From: Acidimicrobiales bacterium
GTDB lineage: Bacteria; Actinomycetota; Acidimicrobiia; Acidimicrobiales; JAUJNH01
Assembly (NCBI GenBank): GCA_038255915.1
Contig: JBBSKY010000001.1
Span: 15,268 to 79,267 of the forward strand
DNA: 64,000 bases
Direction: 5' to 3'
Shown here piece after piece: positions 8,726-17,715 of this stretch; within the stretch, counting starts at the first letter, position 1; every line of letters begins with the position of its first letter. The position numbers and the translations under genes were made by a program. The notes under the pieces were generated by a model, which was given only the letters and a program-made list of their open reading frames with translations, did not search any database and had not been told where the DNA came from.

Positions 8726-10719
8726 CGGCCCCGGTTCACGAAGTAGGCGAGGAGCAGGACGGTGCCGGCGGTGATGCCGAGGGCGTAGCTGCGCACGTAG
8801 CCGCTCTGCAGGCGACGCAGCTGGCCGCCGCCGGTGCGCACCAGGGTGGCCACGCCGTTGACGGCGCCGTCGATAACGCCGGCGTCGATCTTGTAGGCAA
8901 TGGCGTCGGCCGCCTTGCGACCGGGCCCGCCGAACAGGGCGGCCAGGACGTGGTCGTAGCCGAAGCCGCGTCGCAGCAGCTTGGGCTCGAACGCCGGCTG
9001 GTCAGGGCCGCGACGCCAGATGCGCAGGCCGGCGGCGATGCCGAGGACACCGGCGGCGGTGGCGATGGCGCTGAACAGGACCTTGGTGGCGCTGGAGACG
9101 CCCGACAGGTGGAGTGGGTCGCCGGCCTCGATCACCGGCTCGAGCCAGTGCTCAAGCGGGTAGTTCAGCAGCACCGGGGCGTTGATGACCCAGCCCACGA
9201 CGGCCAGGACCCCGAGCACCACCAGCGGGACGGTCATGGTGGGCGGCGACTCGTGCGGCAGGCCCGGTGCCCCGTGGCCGCCGTGCCCGCCGTCGGCCAC
9301 GGGCTCGGGGCTGGTGAGCTGGCCCTCCTCCTCCTTGTGGCCTTCAACCTGTGCATGGCCGCCGTGCTCATCGACGTGGCCGTAGCGGGCGTCGCCGAAG
9401 AAGACGAGCTGGATCTGGCGGGTCATGTAGTAGGCGGTGAGCAGGGCGGTGAGCAGCCCGACGGCGTAGAGGGCGACGCCCAGGGGGCCGTCGAAGCTCT
9501 CCAGGGCGCTGAGCAGGATCTCGTCCTTGCTCCAGAAGCCGGCGAAGGGCGGGATGCCGGCGATGGCCAGCCACCCGGCCAGGAACGTGAGGGCGGTGAT
9601 GGGCATGAGCTTGCGCAGCGCCCCCATCCGCTTCATGTCCTGCTCCTCGTGCATCCCGTGGATGACCGAGCCCGAGCCGAGGAACATCAGCGCCTTGAAG
9701 AAGGCGTGGGTGACCATGTGGAAGATGGCGGCCACGTAGGCCCGGCTCCCGACGGCCAGGAACATGTAGCCCAGCTGGCTGATGGTGGAGTAGGCCAGGA
9801 CCTTCTTGATGTCGTCCTGGCTGGTGGCGATGAGGGCCGCGTACAGGGCGGTGGCGGCCCCGACGATGGCCACCACCTTCATGGCGCTGGCGTCGACGCC
9901 CACGAACGGGTTGACCCGCACCAGCAGATAGACGCCGGCGGTGACCATGGTGGCGGCGTGGATGAGGGCCGACACCGGGGTCGGGCCCTCCATGGCGTCG
10001 GGCAGCCAGACGTAGAGAGGCAGCTGGGCGCTCTTGCCGCACGCCCCGACGAACAGAAGCAGCAGGATGGCCGTGGCCACGCTCTTGGAGAAGACGCCCT
10101 CCTCGACCGACTCGAACACCGTGGAGAAGGTGAGCGAGCCAACCTTGGAGAAGATGACGAACATGGCGATCATGAGCCCGACGTCGCCGACCCGGTTGGC
10201 GACGAACGCCTTCTTGGCCGCCGTCGAGGCCGAGTCGCGCTCGAACCAGAAGGAGATGAGCAGGTAGGAGCAGGCCCCGACGCCCTCCCACCCGAGGAAC
10301 ATCAGCAGGAAGCTGTCGCCCAGCACCAGCAGCAGCATCGAGGCCAGGAACAAGTTGAGGTAGAGGAAGAACCGGGAGAACCGGGGGTCGCCGTGCATGT
10401 AGCCGATGGAGAACAGGTGGATGAGGGTGCCCACCCCGGTGACGAACAGCACCATCGTCATCGACAGCGGATCGATCAGGAAGGCCATGTTCACGTCGAG
10501 GGACGGGATCCACTCGAAGACCACCTTGGTCACCGAGCGGTGGTGGCTGTCCTCGCCGAGGAGCCCGACGAAGGTGACGAGGGCGGCCAGGAAGGCGGCG
10601 CCGCTGGCCAGAGTGCCCACCACGCCGGCCTGCGGTTCCTTGAGCCTGGACCCGACGCACAGCAGCACGACGAAGCCGAGGATGGGGAACGCCGGGATCA
10701 GGTAGGCGGCGTCGAGCAT
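8722..10719 (-). CDS. nuoL: NADH-quinone oxidoreductase subunit L
   Basis: 665 aa. Motifs GWEGVGACSYLLISFW, GKSAQLPLYVWLPDAMEGPTPVSALIHAATMV, and a long C-terminal amphipathic/TM region typical of NuoL/ND5. Confidence 0.9.
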   Translation of the reverse strand: MLDAAYLIPAFPILGFVVLLCVGSRLKEPQAGVVGTLASGAAFLAALVTFVGLLGEDSHHRSVTKVVFEWIPSLDVNMAFLIDPLSMTMVLFVTGVGTLIHLFSIGYMHGDPRFSRFFLYLNLFLASMLLLVLGDSFLLMFLGWEGVGACSYLLISFWFERDSASTAAKKAFVANRVGDVGLMIAMFVIFSKVGSLTFSTVFESVEEGVFSKSVATAILLLLFVGACGKSAQLPLYVWLPDAMEGPTPVSALIHAATMVTAGVYLLVRVNPFVGVDASAMKVVAIVGAATALYAALIATSQDDIKKVLAYSTISQLGYMFLAVGSRAYVAAIFHMVTHAFFKALMFLGSGSVIHGMHEEQDMKRMGALRKLMPITALTFLAGWLAIAGIPPFAGFWSKDEILLSALESFDGPLGVALYAVGLLTALLTAYYMTRQIQLVFFGDARYGHVDEHGGHAQVEGHKEEEGQLTSPEPVADGGHGGHGAPGLPHESPPTMTVPLVVLGVLAVVGWVINAPVLLNYPLEHWLEPVIEAGDPLHLSGVSSATKVLFSAIATAAGVLGIAAGLRIWRRGPDQPAFEPKLLRRGFGYDHVLAALFGGPGRKAADAIAYKIDAGVIDGAVNGVATLVRTGGGQLRRLQSGYVRSYALGITAGTVLLLAYFVNRGR

Positions 10720-10830
10720 GTCGCCGCGGGACCTTAGTGAAGGAGCAGGTCCCGAGGCGAGAGCATCCGGGCGCCGCCCCCACGACCCGGCCTCGGGTCA
10801 TGGGCGACGGGTGGGGGCTACCGTCAACTC

Positions 10831-11223
10831 GTGGCTGGCACGGCACCGGGATGGCACCCCGACCCGGCCGGCCGCTGGCAGGTGCGCTGGTGGGACGGAG
10901 TGGCGTGGACCGACCGGGTGGCCACGGGCGGCCGCCTGGCCACCGACCCCGTTCCCGGCGGGGAGGCGACCGCGGCGCTGGTGAACCGGGTCGTGGCCAC
11001 CGCCCTTGGCTACGTCGACCTCGCCGAGAGCCTGACCGCCAGCGTGCCGGCAGCGACCGTCGTCGCCGGCCTGTGGCGCGACGCTCAGGGCCGCCGCGAC
11101 ATCGTTCTCCTGGCCCACGCCCACCTGGCCACGCTGGAGCGACAGGGCAGCGAGCCGGCCCGGGCCCGGGCGCTGGCCTGGCTCGCCGCCGCCCTCGACC
11201 AGCCGCCCCTGGTCGCCGGCTGA
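10831..11223 (+). CDS. DUF2510-domain protein (hypothetical)
   Basis: N-terminus GWHPDPAGRWQVRWWDGVAWTDRV matches the GWxPDP..RxWDG..WT DUF2510 motif. GTG start. Lies on the strand opposite the nuo genes on both sides. Confidence 0.55.
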   Translation: MAGTAPGWHPDPAGRWQVRWWDGVAWTDRVATGGRLATDPVPGGEATAALVNRVVATALGYVDLAESLTASVPAATVVAGLWRDAQGRRDIVLLAHAHLATLERQGSEPARARALAWLAAALDQPPLVAG

Positions 11224-11297
11224 CGATGGCGACGGCCTGCGGTCAGCCTTGCCAGACGGTGTGACAGCGAGCCTGAGGTTCTCGGTCTGGAGGGCGA

Positions 11298-12044
11298 TTG
11301 CCGATGGCTGCCTACGCTGGCGGGGTGGAGGTCGAGCAGGTGCTGGCCGCCCTGGCCGGAGCCGACGTCCGCTACGTGGTGGTGGGCGGCGTGGCCGTCG
11401 TCCTGCACGGGCACCCCCGGCTGACCGCCGACCTCGACCTGGTGATCGACCTCGAGGTCGGACCGGCGGGCCGGGCGATGCAGGTCCTGACGGGGCTCGG
11501 CCTCGTGCCCAGGCTGCCGGTGCCCGCCTCAGCCTTTGTCGATCCGGCGACCAGGGAACGCTGGGTGGCGGAGCGGAACCTGATGGTCTTCACCCTGACC
11601 GACCCGGACGGCGGCTTGCTCGAGGTCGACCTGTTCGCCCGCTCACCACTGCCGTTCGAGGCCCTCTGGTCCCACGCGGTCACGGTGCTCGTCGGCGAGA
11701 CCGAGGCGCGGATCGCCTCCCTCGACGACCTGATCACCATGAAGCGGGAGGCCGGCCGCCCCCAGGACCTGGCCGAGTCACCGCCCTGGAAGCGCTCCGT
11801 GACCGGTAGCGGCCCGACCGATCCAGACCCTGACGAGGGTCTGCCGACCGATCTGGGCTTCGAAGCGGCCCGAGCAGCCCAGGTCGCCCATTGGGCCACG
11901 ACCACCCCCGCCCAACGCCTGGCCTGGCTCACCGAAGCCCAACACCTCGCCCACCAATCCGGCGCCCTCCCCCGCCCCCGCCCGAAGGCCGACCTGGACG
12001 GCTGGAGCGACCCCGCAGAAACGAAGCCGCAAGACCCCGACTAA
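11298..12044 (+). CDS. Nucleotidyltransferase-fold protein (AbiEii/MenT-like or MNT-like; the family cannot be resolved by eye)
   Basis: VRYVVVGGVAVVLHGHPRLTADLDLVID (GG..hG..R.T.DlD NTase motif) and ARIASLDDLITMKREAGRPQDL. Acidic, Pro-rich C-terminal tail. Confidence 0.6.
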   Translation: MPMAAYAGGVEVEQVLAALAGADVRYVVVGGVAVVLHGHPRLTADLDLVIDLEVGPAGRAMQVLTGLGLVPRLPVPASAFVDPATRERWVAERNLMVFTLTDPDGGLLEVDLFARSPLPFEALWSHAVTVLVGETEARIASLDDLITMKREAGRPQDLAESPPWKRSVTGSGPTDPDPDEGLPTDLGFEAARAAQVAHWATTTPAQRLAWLTEAQHLAHQSGALPRPRPKADLDGWSDPAETKPQDPD

Positions 12045-12189
12045 GCCGCCGCAGATCCACCGAAGCGACAACGGCCGGCGACGTCAGGAGGGGGTGTCGG
12101 GGGGCACCCCCTGACAGATGGCCCGCAGGGCCGCTTGCGGCCCGAGGAGCCTGAGCCAGGCCGAAGGCCTGTCCACAGGAGGGGGGAGA

Positions 12190-12217
12190 TCGAGGGGGGA
12201 GCTTGCTCCCCCCTCGA
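12190..12217. terminator. Strong GC hairpin 7 nt downstream of the nuoK stop (candidate bidirectional terminator)
   Basis: TCGAGGGGGGAGC tt GCTCCCCCCTCGA, a perfect 13-nt inverted repeat. A second, imperfect hairpin lies at about 12083-12115. No U-tract. Confidence 0.45.
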
Positions 12218-12223
12218 CGGGCG

Positions 12224-12571
12224 TCAGCCCGAAAGGATGTGGAGGTCGTCGGCCGTTGCCCTGCCCTTGTGGCGGCGGAAGATGGCGACGACGATGCCGA
12301 GGCCGACGACGACCTCGGCGGCGGCGACGACCAGGGTGAAGAACACCGCGACCTGGCCGTTGATGTCGCCCAGTCGGCTGGCGAAGGCGACGAAGGACAG
12401 GTTGACGGCGTTGAGCATCAGCTCGACGCACATGAACATGACCAGCACGTTGCGGCGAACGAGGACGCCGACGGCGCCGATGGTGAAGAGGAGGGCGGCG
12501 ATGATGAGGTAGGCGCCGTGGCCCACCGTCGGGGCCCGGTCGGCGACGGCCACCAGGTCGAGCGGGCTCAC
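12224..12571 (-). CDS. nuoK: NADH-quinone oxidoreductase subunit K
   Basis: 115 aa, three TM segments. Motif [19 protein letters not shown] is typical of NuoK/ND4L. Start overlaps the nuoJ stop. Confidence 0.9.
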   Translation of the reverse strand: MSPLDLVAVADRAPTVGHGAYLIIAALLFTIGAVGVLVRRNVLVMFMCVELMLNAVNLSFVAFASRLGDINGQVAVFFTLVVAAAEVVVGLGIVVAIFRRHKGRATADDLHILSG

Positions 12572-13188
12572 GCACCCACCTCGGCGGAGTCGTCCTCGCC
12601 CCGGGGGGCCAGGAGGCCGAAGCTGCGGCCCGGCTTGCGGGCCAGGACCACGGCGCCGACGACGGCGATGACGAGCAGGATCGAGGTGACCTCGAAGGCC
12701 AGCATGTAGCGGGTGAAGATGGCCTCGGCCAGCTGCTCGACGTTGGTCTTGTCAGCCACCACCGGGGTGATGGCGTCGGCCACAGCCTCGGGGGGCGGGG
12801 CCCGGAAGCGCATGCTGGAGAGCAGGGCCAGCTCGCCGAGGAGGAGAGCACCGAGGGCCGCTGCCACCGGGCGCTGGCCCTTCAGCGGCTCGGCCTCCAG
12901 CGCCTCCTCGCGGTCCACGCCGAGGAGCATGATGACGAACAGGAAGAGGATGACGATGGCGCCGGCGTAGACGATCACCTGCACCGCGGCCAGGAACGTG
13001 GCGTGGAGGCTGACGAACAGCACGGCGACCCCGAACAGGGTGACGACCAGGTTGAGCGCTGAGTGCACCGGGTTGCGGCTGGTGACCACGAAGAAGGCGC
13101 CGACCAGGGCGACGATGGCCCCGACGACGAAGACGACGTTATCGACCGAGAAGAGCTCTGCGGCGAAGAGCCCGGCGCCCGGCGGCAT
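12568..13188 (-). CDS. nuoJ: NADH-quinone oxidoreductase subunit J
   Basis: Trimmed to [48 protein letters not shown]... (NuoJ/ND6-like). The ATG overlaps the nuoI stop (TGATG). Confidence 0.85.
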   Translation of the reverse strand: MPPGAGLFAAELFSVDNVVFVVGAIVALVGAFFVVTSRNPVHSALNLVVTLFGVAVLFVSLHATFLAAVQVIVYAGAIVILFLFVIMLLGVDREEALEAEPLKGQRPVAAALGALLLGELALLSSMRFRAPPPEAVADAITPVVADKTNVEQLAEAIFTRYMLAFEVTSILLVIAVVGAVVLARKPGRSFGLLAPRGEDDSAEVGA

Positions 13189-13808
13189 CAGTGGTGGCCC
13201 TTCGGGGGCGGGGTCTTGGTAGGTGCGTCCTGCTGGGCCGGCTCGGCCGGGCGGACGCCGAAGCCCAGCTCGCCCGACCAGAGGATGCTGCCCTCGAAGC
13301 TGGCGTCGCCGCCCGGCGAGGTGGCCCGGACCCAGGCCGAGGTGTCGTCGATGGAGGTCTCGTTCCAGTCCTCCCACGGCAGCTGCTGGGGCTTGCCGTC
13401 GTCGTCGACGACCAGCTCGTCCTTGCCGTAGATGGCGTCCTGGCGGTTGCGGAAGGAGAACTCGAACAGCTTCGACTCGGTGATGGCCTCGGTGGGGCAG
13501 GCCTCGACGCACAGGTCGCAGTGGATGCAGCGCAGGTAGTTGATCTCGTAGACGTAGCCGTAGCGCTCGCCGGGCGAGACGGGGGCGTCGGGCGGGTTGT
13601 CAGCGCCGCGCACATAGATGCAGCGGGCCGGGCACACCCCGGCGCACAGCTCGCAGCCGATGCACTTCTCCATGCCGTCCTCGTACCGGTTCAGCACGTG
13701 GCGGCCGTGGAAGCGCTCGGGCTTCGGCCGCTTGTGCTCGGGGTACTGGACGGTGATCGTGTGCCCGATCTGGCGGGCGGTGATGGCGAAGCCCTCGAAG
13801 TAGCCCAT
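13188..13808 (-). CDS. nuoI: NADH-quinone oxidoreductase subunit I (2x[4Fe-4S])
   Basis: CIGCELCAGVCP and CIHCDLCVEACP motifs. N-terminus MGYFEGFAITARQ is typical of NuoI. Confidence 0.9.
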   Translation of the reverse strand: MGYFEGFAITARQIGHTITVQYPEHKRPKPERFHGRHVLNRYEDGMEKCIGCELCAGVCPARCIYVRGADNPPDAPVSPGERYGYVYEINYLRCIHCDLCVEACPTEAITESKLFEFSFRNRQDAIYGKDELVVDDDGKPQQLPWEDWNETSIDDTSAWVRATSPGGDASFEGSILWSGELGFGVRPAEPAQQDAPTKTPPPKGHH

Positions 13809-15064
13809 CAGGTGGTGCCTTCCCGGGTGGTCGGTTGCAGCGCTCGCTCGGGTTCGGCCTGGGGGGCTTCCTCTTCGTTGGTTCGGCGCCGGCCCACGCT
13901 CACGGCCCGGGCCAACAGGGCGTAGGTGAGGAGGCCGCCAACCAGCACCGCGGCCACCGAGACCGCCTGGCGGCCACCGCCGTCACCTTCGGTCGACTTG
14001 AGGGCGGCCAGGGCCAGCAGCCACACCAGGCTGGCGGGGATGAGCTTCTTCCAGCCCAGGTCCATCAGCTGGTCGTAGCGGAAGCGGGGCAGGGTGGCCC
14101 GCAGCCAGACGTACATGAAGAGGAAGCAGAGCAACTTGAGGAAGAACCAGGCCAGCCCCCACAGCCACGCCGGCCCGAACGGCACCGGTCCGGCCGGGCC
14201 TCCCAGGAACAGGGTCACGATGATGGCCGACATGGTGACGGTGTTGCCGAACTCGGCGAAGTAGAAGAGCATGAACCCGCCGGCCGAGTACTCGGTCATG
14301 AAACCGCCCACCAGCTCCTGCTCGGCCTCGACCAGGTCGAACGGGGGTCGGTTGAGCTCGGCGGTGGCGGCCACCACGAACACGAAGAAGGGCAGGAAGC
14401 CAAGCCGAAGGATGTTCCAGTTGGGGAGGTAGCCGAATGGTCCCTCGGCGGCCTGGCTGATGACGATCTCGCTGGTGAGCAGCGACCCGGTGAACAGCAC
14501 CACGGCGAGGATGGCAAGGCTGAGGGCGGCCTCGTAGCTGACCATCTGGGCGCTGGCCCGGACCGAGCCCAGCAGCGGGTACTTCGAGCCGGACGCCCAG
14601 CCGGCCAGCATCACGCCGTAGACGGCGATCGACGAGCACACCAGCAGCAACAGGATCCCCCAGGACGGGTCGGCGATCTGCAGGCGGGTCTGCCTGCCGA
14701 AGATCTCGACCGGCTCGACCGAGAACGGGATGATGGAGAAGACGACCACCGCCGGCACCGCGACGAGCCAGGGGGCCAGTTTGAACACCGTCTTGTCGGC
14801 CTTGGCCGGCAGCAGGGGCTCCTTGGTGAACAGCTTGATGCCATCGGCCACGGTCTGGAGCAGGCCGATCGGGCCGGCCCGGTTGGGGCCGATCCGGTTC
14901 TGCATGAAGCTGATGACCTTGCGCTCGAACCAGATCATGTTGGCCACGGCGGTGAGGTACACCACGAAGCCGATGAGGCACTTCAAGGCCACGATGAGCA
15001 GGACGGCGCCGTCGACCCCGTCGTCGAACAGCGGGTCGCCGACGGCGAGCAGAGCACCCATCAT
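13808..15064 (-). CDS. nuoH: NADH-quinone oxidoreductase subunit H
   Basis: WFERKVISFMQNRIGPNRAGPIGLLQTVADGIKL and AGWASGSKYPLLGSVRASAQMVSYE. Start trimmed to the ATG at 15064, which overlaps the nuoG stop (ATGA). Confidence 0.9.
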   Translation of the reverse strand: MMGALLAVGDPLFDDGVDGAVLLIVALKCLIGFVVYLTAVANMIWFERKVISFMQNRIGPNRAGPIGLLQTVADGIKLFTKEPLLPAKADKTVFKLAPWLVAVPAVVVFSIIPFSVEPVEIFGRQTRLQIADPSWGILLLLVCSSIAVYGVMLAGWASGSKYPLLGSVRASAQMVSYEAALSLAILAVVLFTGSLLTSEIVISQAAEGPFGYLPNWNILRLGFLPFFVFVVAATAELNRPPFDLVEAEQELVGGFMTEYSAGGFMLFYFAEFGNTVTMSAIIVTLFLGGPAGPVPFGPAWLWGLAWFFLKLLCFLFMYVWLRATLPRFRYDQLMDLGWKKLIPASLVWLLALAALKSTEGDGGGRQAVSVAAVLVGGLLTYALLARAVSVGRRRTNEEEAPQAEPERALQPTTREGTT

Positions 15065-17715
15065 GCCGACTCGACCGCCAGGTCGGTGATCGGCTCGTTG
15101 GCGTCGATGAGGTCGGCGGCGCCCGGGCTGCCCAGGTTGAAGGCCAGCCAGCACGCCCCCCGGGGCAGGGTCGGGTCGGCCATCACCGTGAGGGTGGCCA
15201 CCGAGCGGCTGCTGGTGACCCGCACCAGCCCGCCGTCGCCGAGGGAGAAGCGGTTGATGTCGGAGGGGTGCACGTGCAGGGCCGGCGTGGCCGCCAGCTT
15301 GGCCAGCGCCCCGCTCTCCTGCACGATCGTGCCGGCGTCGTACAGGGTGCGGGAGGAGACCAGGCGCAGCTTGTAGGCGTCGGTCTTCACCCCGGCCGCC
15401 GGCGAGGGGGCCGGGGGCCGCACCCGGGCAGGGGCCGGCGCCGACGAGGGTGCCGCCACCGGACCGCCGGGCTCGCCGCCGGTGTCGGGGCCCACCCCGG
15501 CCGGGGCGCCGGTCTCGACGTGGCCCTGCACCGCGGCCACGCCCGGGTCGTCGTTGGCCTCGATCTCGCCCGGCACGGGCGGGGCGTCGGCCGTGGCCAG
15601 GGGGACGACCAGCCCGTCGCGGGCGGCCCGGTCGTCGATGCGGGCCGGGGTGAGCCCGGCCCGGGAGGGGGCGAGCCGCTCGATCTCAGTGGCGATGCCG
15701 GCGAGGGACTCGAGGCCGAGGTCGGCGTCCAGGGCGAAGGCCAGCTCGGAGGCCACCATCCAGTCGGCCCAGGCCACGCCCGGCGGCACCACCTTCTGGC
15801 CCAGGCGGGTGACCCGGCCCTCGATGTTGGTGGTGGTGCCGGGCCGCTCGCCCCAGATGGCCACGGGCAGGACCACGTCGGCCTGCTCGACCGAGGGGGT
15901 CCGGAAGGCGTCGACGGCCACCACGAACCCGGCGCCCGAGAGGCCGCGGCGGGCCAGCCACCGGTCGGGGTGGTCGGTGAGGGGGTCGGCGCCGAGGAGG
16001 ACCAGACCGTGGAGCCGGCCGTCGGCGGCCTCGGCCAGGGCGGCGGTGGTGTCGAGACCCCGGGCGCCGGGGACCGAGCCCCAGGCCTCGGCGAAGCGAG
16101 TGGCGCCATCGGCCAGCGAGGTGGCGCCTGGCAGCAGACCGGGGGCCAGGCCCAGCTCGAGGGCCCCGTTCACGTTGCCCCGGCGCAGGGCGGGCAGGAA
16201 GGTGGCCGACGGGCGGGCCCGGTGAAGGGCCAGGGCGGCCTGGACGGTGGGCTCGGCCGACTCGGCGAGGGAGCCCCGGCCGAGGACGACCACGACCGAG
16301 CGGTCGGGGGCGAGGAGGCGGCGGGCCCGCTGCAGCGCCTCGGGGGCGACGCCGGCCACCGACTCGGTGGGGTCGCCCTCCGCGAGCAGGGCGGCCATGA
16401 CGGCCGGGGCCCAGCCCGGCTGGTGGCGCAGGCTGGCCTTGGCGTCGACGGTGAGGCCGGTGGCCCGGGACGACAGCTCGATGATGGCCACGCCGTGGTC
16501 GCGGGCCGCCTCGCGCAGGCGCAGGTGGAGGACGGGCAGCTCCTCCTTCAGGTCAGGAGCGAGGAGGATGACCGTGTCGGCCCAGGTGGCATCTTCGATG
16601 GTGGCCCGGGGCAGCCCGAGGACAACCTCGGCCGGCAGGCCGTCGCCCATCTGGCAGTCGACGTTGTCGGTGCCGAGCACCCCCTTGGCCAGCTTGGCCC
16701 AGGCGTAGGCGTCCTCGTCGGCCAGGCGGGCCCCGCCGAGGACGGCCAGGGTGGAGGGGCCGTGCAGGTCGCGGGCGGCCCGCAGGCCGGCGGCCGCAGC
16801 GTCGAGCGCCTCACCCCACGACGCCTCGACCAGCTCGCCGTCGCGGCGGACCAGCGGGGTCGAGAGGCGGTTCTCGGAGTTGACGGCGTCGATGGAGAAG
16901 CGGCCCTTGTCGCACAGCCAGCCGTGGTTGACCGGTTCGGAGTCGAGGCCGAGCATGCGGGTGAGCCGGTTCGACGACGACTGGAGGGCGACCCGGCAGC
17001 CGACGGCGCAGACGGTGCAGGTGCTCTCGACCTGGTCGAGGTCCCAGGGCCGGGCCTTGAACCGGTACGGCGAGGCGGTGAGGGCGCCCACCGGGCAGAT
17101 CTGCACGGTGTTGCCCGAGAAGTACGAGGCGAACGGCTCGTCGGGGAAGACGTTGATCTGGGACCCGTTGCCCCGGTCGATGATCTGGATGAACGGGTCA
17201 CCGGCCACCTCATCGGCGAAGCGGGTGCAGCGGGCGCACATGATGCACCGCTCACGGTCGAGCAGCACCAGGTCGCTGATCGGGATCGGCTTCTCGAAGT
17301 GGCGCTTCTCCTCGGCCATGCGCGTCTCGCCGGGACCGAAGGCCAGGGTGTGGTCCTGCAGGGGGCACTCGCCGCCCTTGTCGCACACCGGGCAGTCGAG
17401 GGGGTGGTTGATGAGGAGGAGCTCGAGGATGCCGTCCTGGGCCTTCTTCACCCGCGGGCTCTGGGTGTTGACCTCCATGTTGGGGCCGACCGGCACGTAG
17501 CAGGCGGGCACCAGGCCCCAGCCCCTCGGGCCCTTCACGTCGACCACGCACATGCGGCACATCCCGACCGGCTTCATGCGGGGGTGCCAGCAGAACCGGG
17601 GGATGTAGGTGCCCCCCCGCTCGGCGGCGGCGATGATCATCTCGCCCTTTTCGGCCTCGACCTCGCGGCCGTCGACGGTGATCGTGAACGTCTCCACCGT
17701 CGGCTTGGTCGGCAT
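15061..17715 (-). CDS. nuoG: NADH-quinone oxidoreductase subunit G
   Basis: 884 aa. N-terminal 2Fe-2S/4Fe-4S Cys clusters (CWHPRMKPVGMCRMC, HPLDCPVCDKGGECPLQD, CIMCARCTRF) followed by a molybdopterin-oxidoreductase-like fold. Confidence 0.9.
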   Translation of the reverse strand: MPTKPTVETFTITVDGREVEAEKGEMIIAAAERGGTYIPRFCWHPRMKPVGMCRMCVVDVKGPRGWGLVPACYVPVGPNMEVNTQSPRVKKAQDGILELLLINHPLDCPVCDKGGECPLQDHTLAFGPGETRMAEEKRHFEKPIPISDLVLLDRERCIMCARCTRFADEVAGDPFIQIIDRGNGSQINVFPDEPFASYFSGNTVQICPVGALTASPYRFKARPWDLDQVESTCTVCAVGCRVALQSSSNRLTRMLGLDSEPVNHGWLCDKGRFSIDAVNSENRLSTPLVRRDGELVEASWGEALDAAAAGLRAARDLHGPSTLAVLGGARLADEDAYAWAKLAKGVLGTDNVDCQMGDGLPAEVVLGLPRATIEDATWADTVILLAPDLKEELPVLHLRLREAARDHGVAIIELSSRATGLTVDAKASLRHQPGWAPAVMAALLAEGDPTESVAGVAPEALQRARRLLAPDRSVVVVLGRGSLAESAEPTVQAALALHRARPSATFLPALRRGNVNGALELGLAPGLLPGATSLADGATRFAEAWGSVPGARGLDTTAALAEAADGRLHGLVLLGADPLTDHPDRWLARRGLSGAGFVVAVDAFRTPSVEQADVVLPVAIWGERPGTTTNIEGRVTRLGQKVVPPGVAWADWMVASELAFALDADLGLESLAGIATEIERLAPSRAGLTPARIDDRAARDGLVVPLATADAPPVPGEIEANDDPGVAAVQGHVETGAPAGVGPDTGGEPGGPVAAPSSAPAPARVRPPAPSPAAGVKTDAYKLRLVSSRTLYDAGTIVQESGALAKLAATPALHVHPSDINRFSLGDGGLVRVTSSRSVATLTVMADPTLPRGACWLAFNLGSPGAADLIDANEPITDLAVESA

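Noticed and set aside
5328-10737. Long plus-strand ORFs (644, 394 and 685 aa) across nuoN, nuoM and nuoL
   Set aside because: They are antisense shadows of three clearly identified antiporter-like subunits. Their composition is dominated by G/D/E/H/R/A runs, and they lack start context or coupling.
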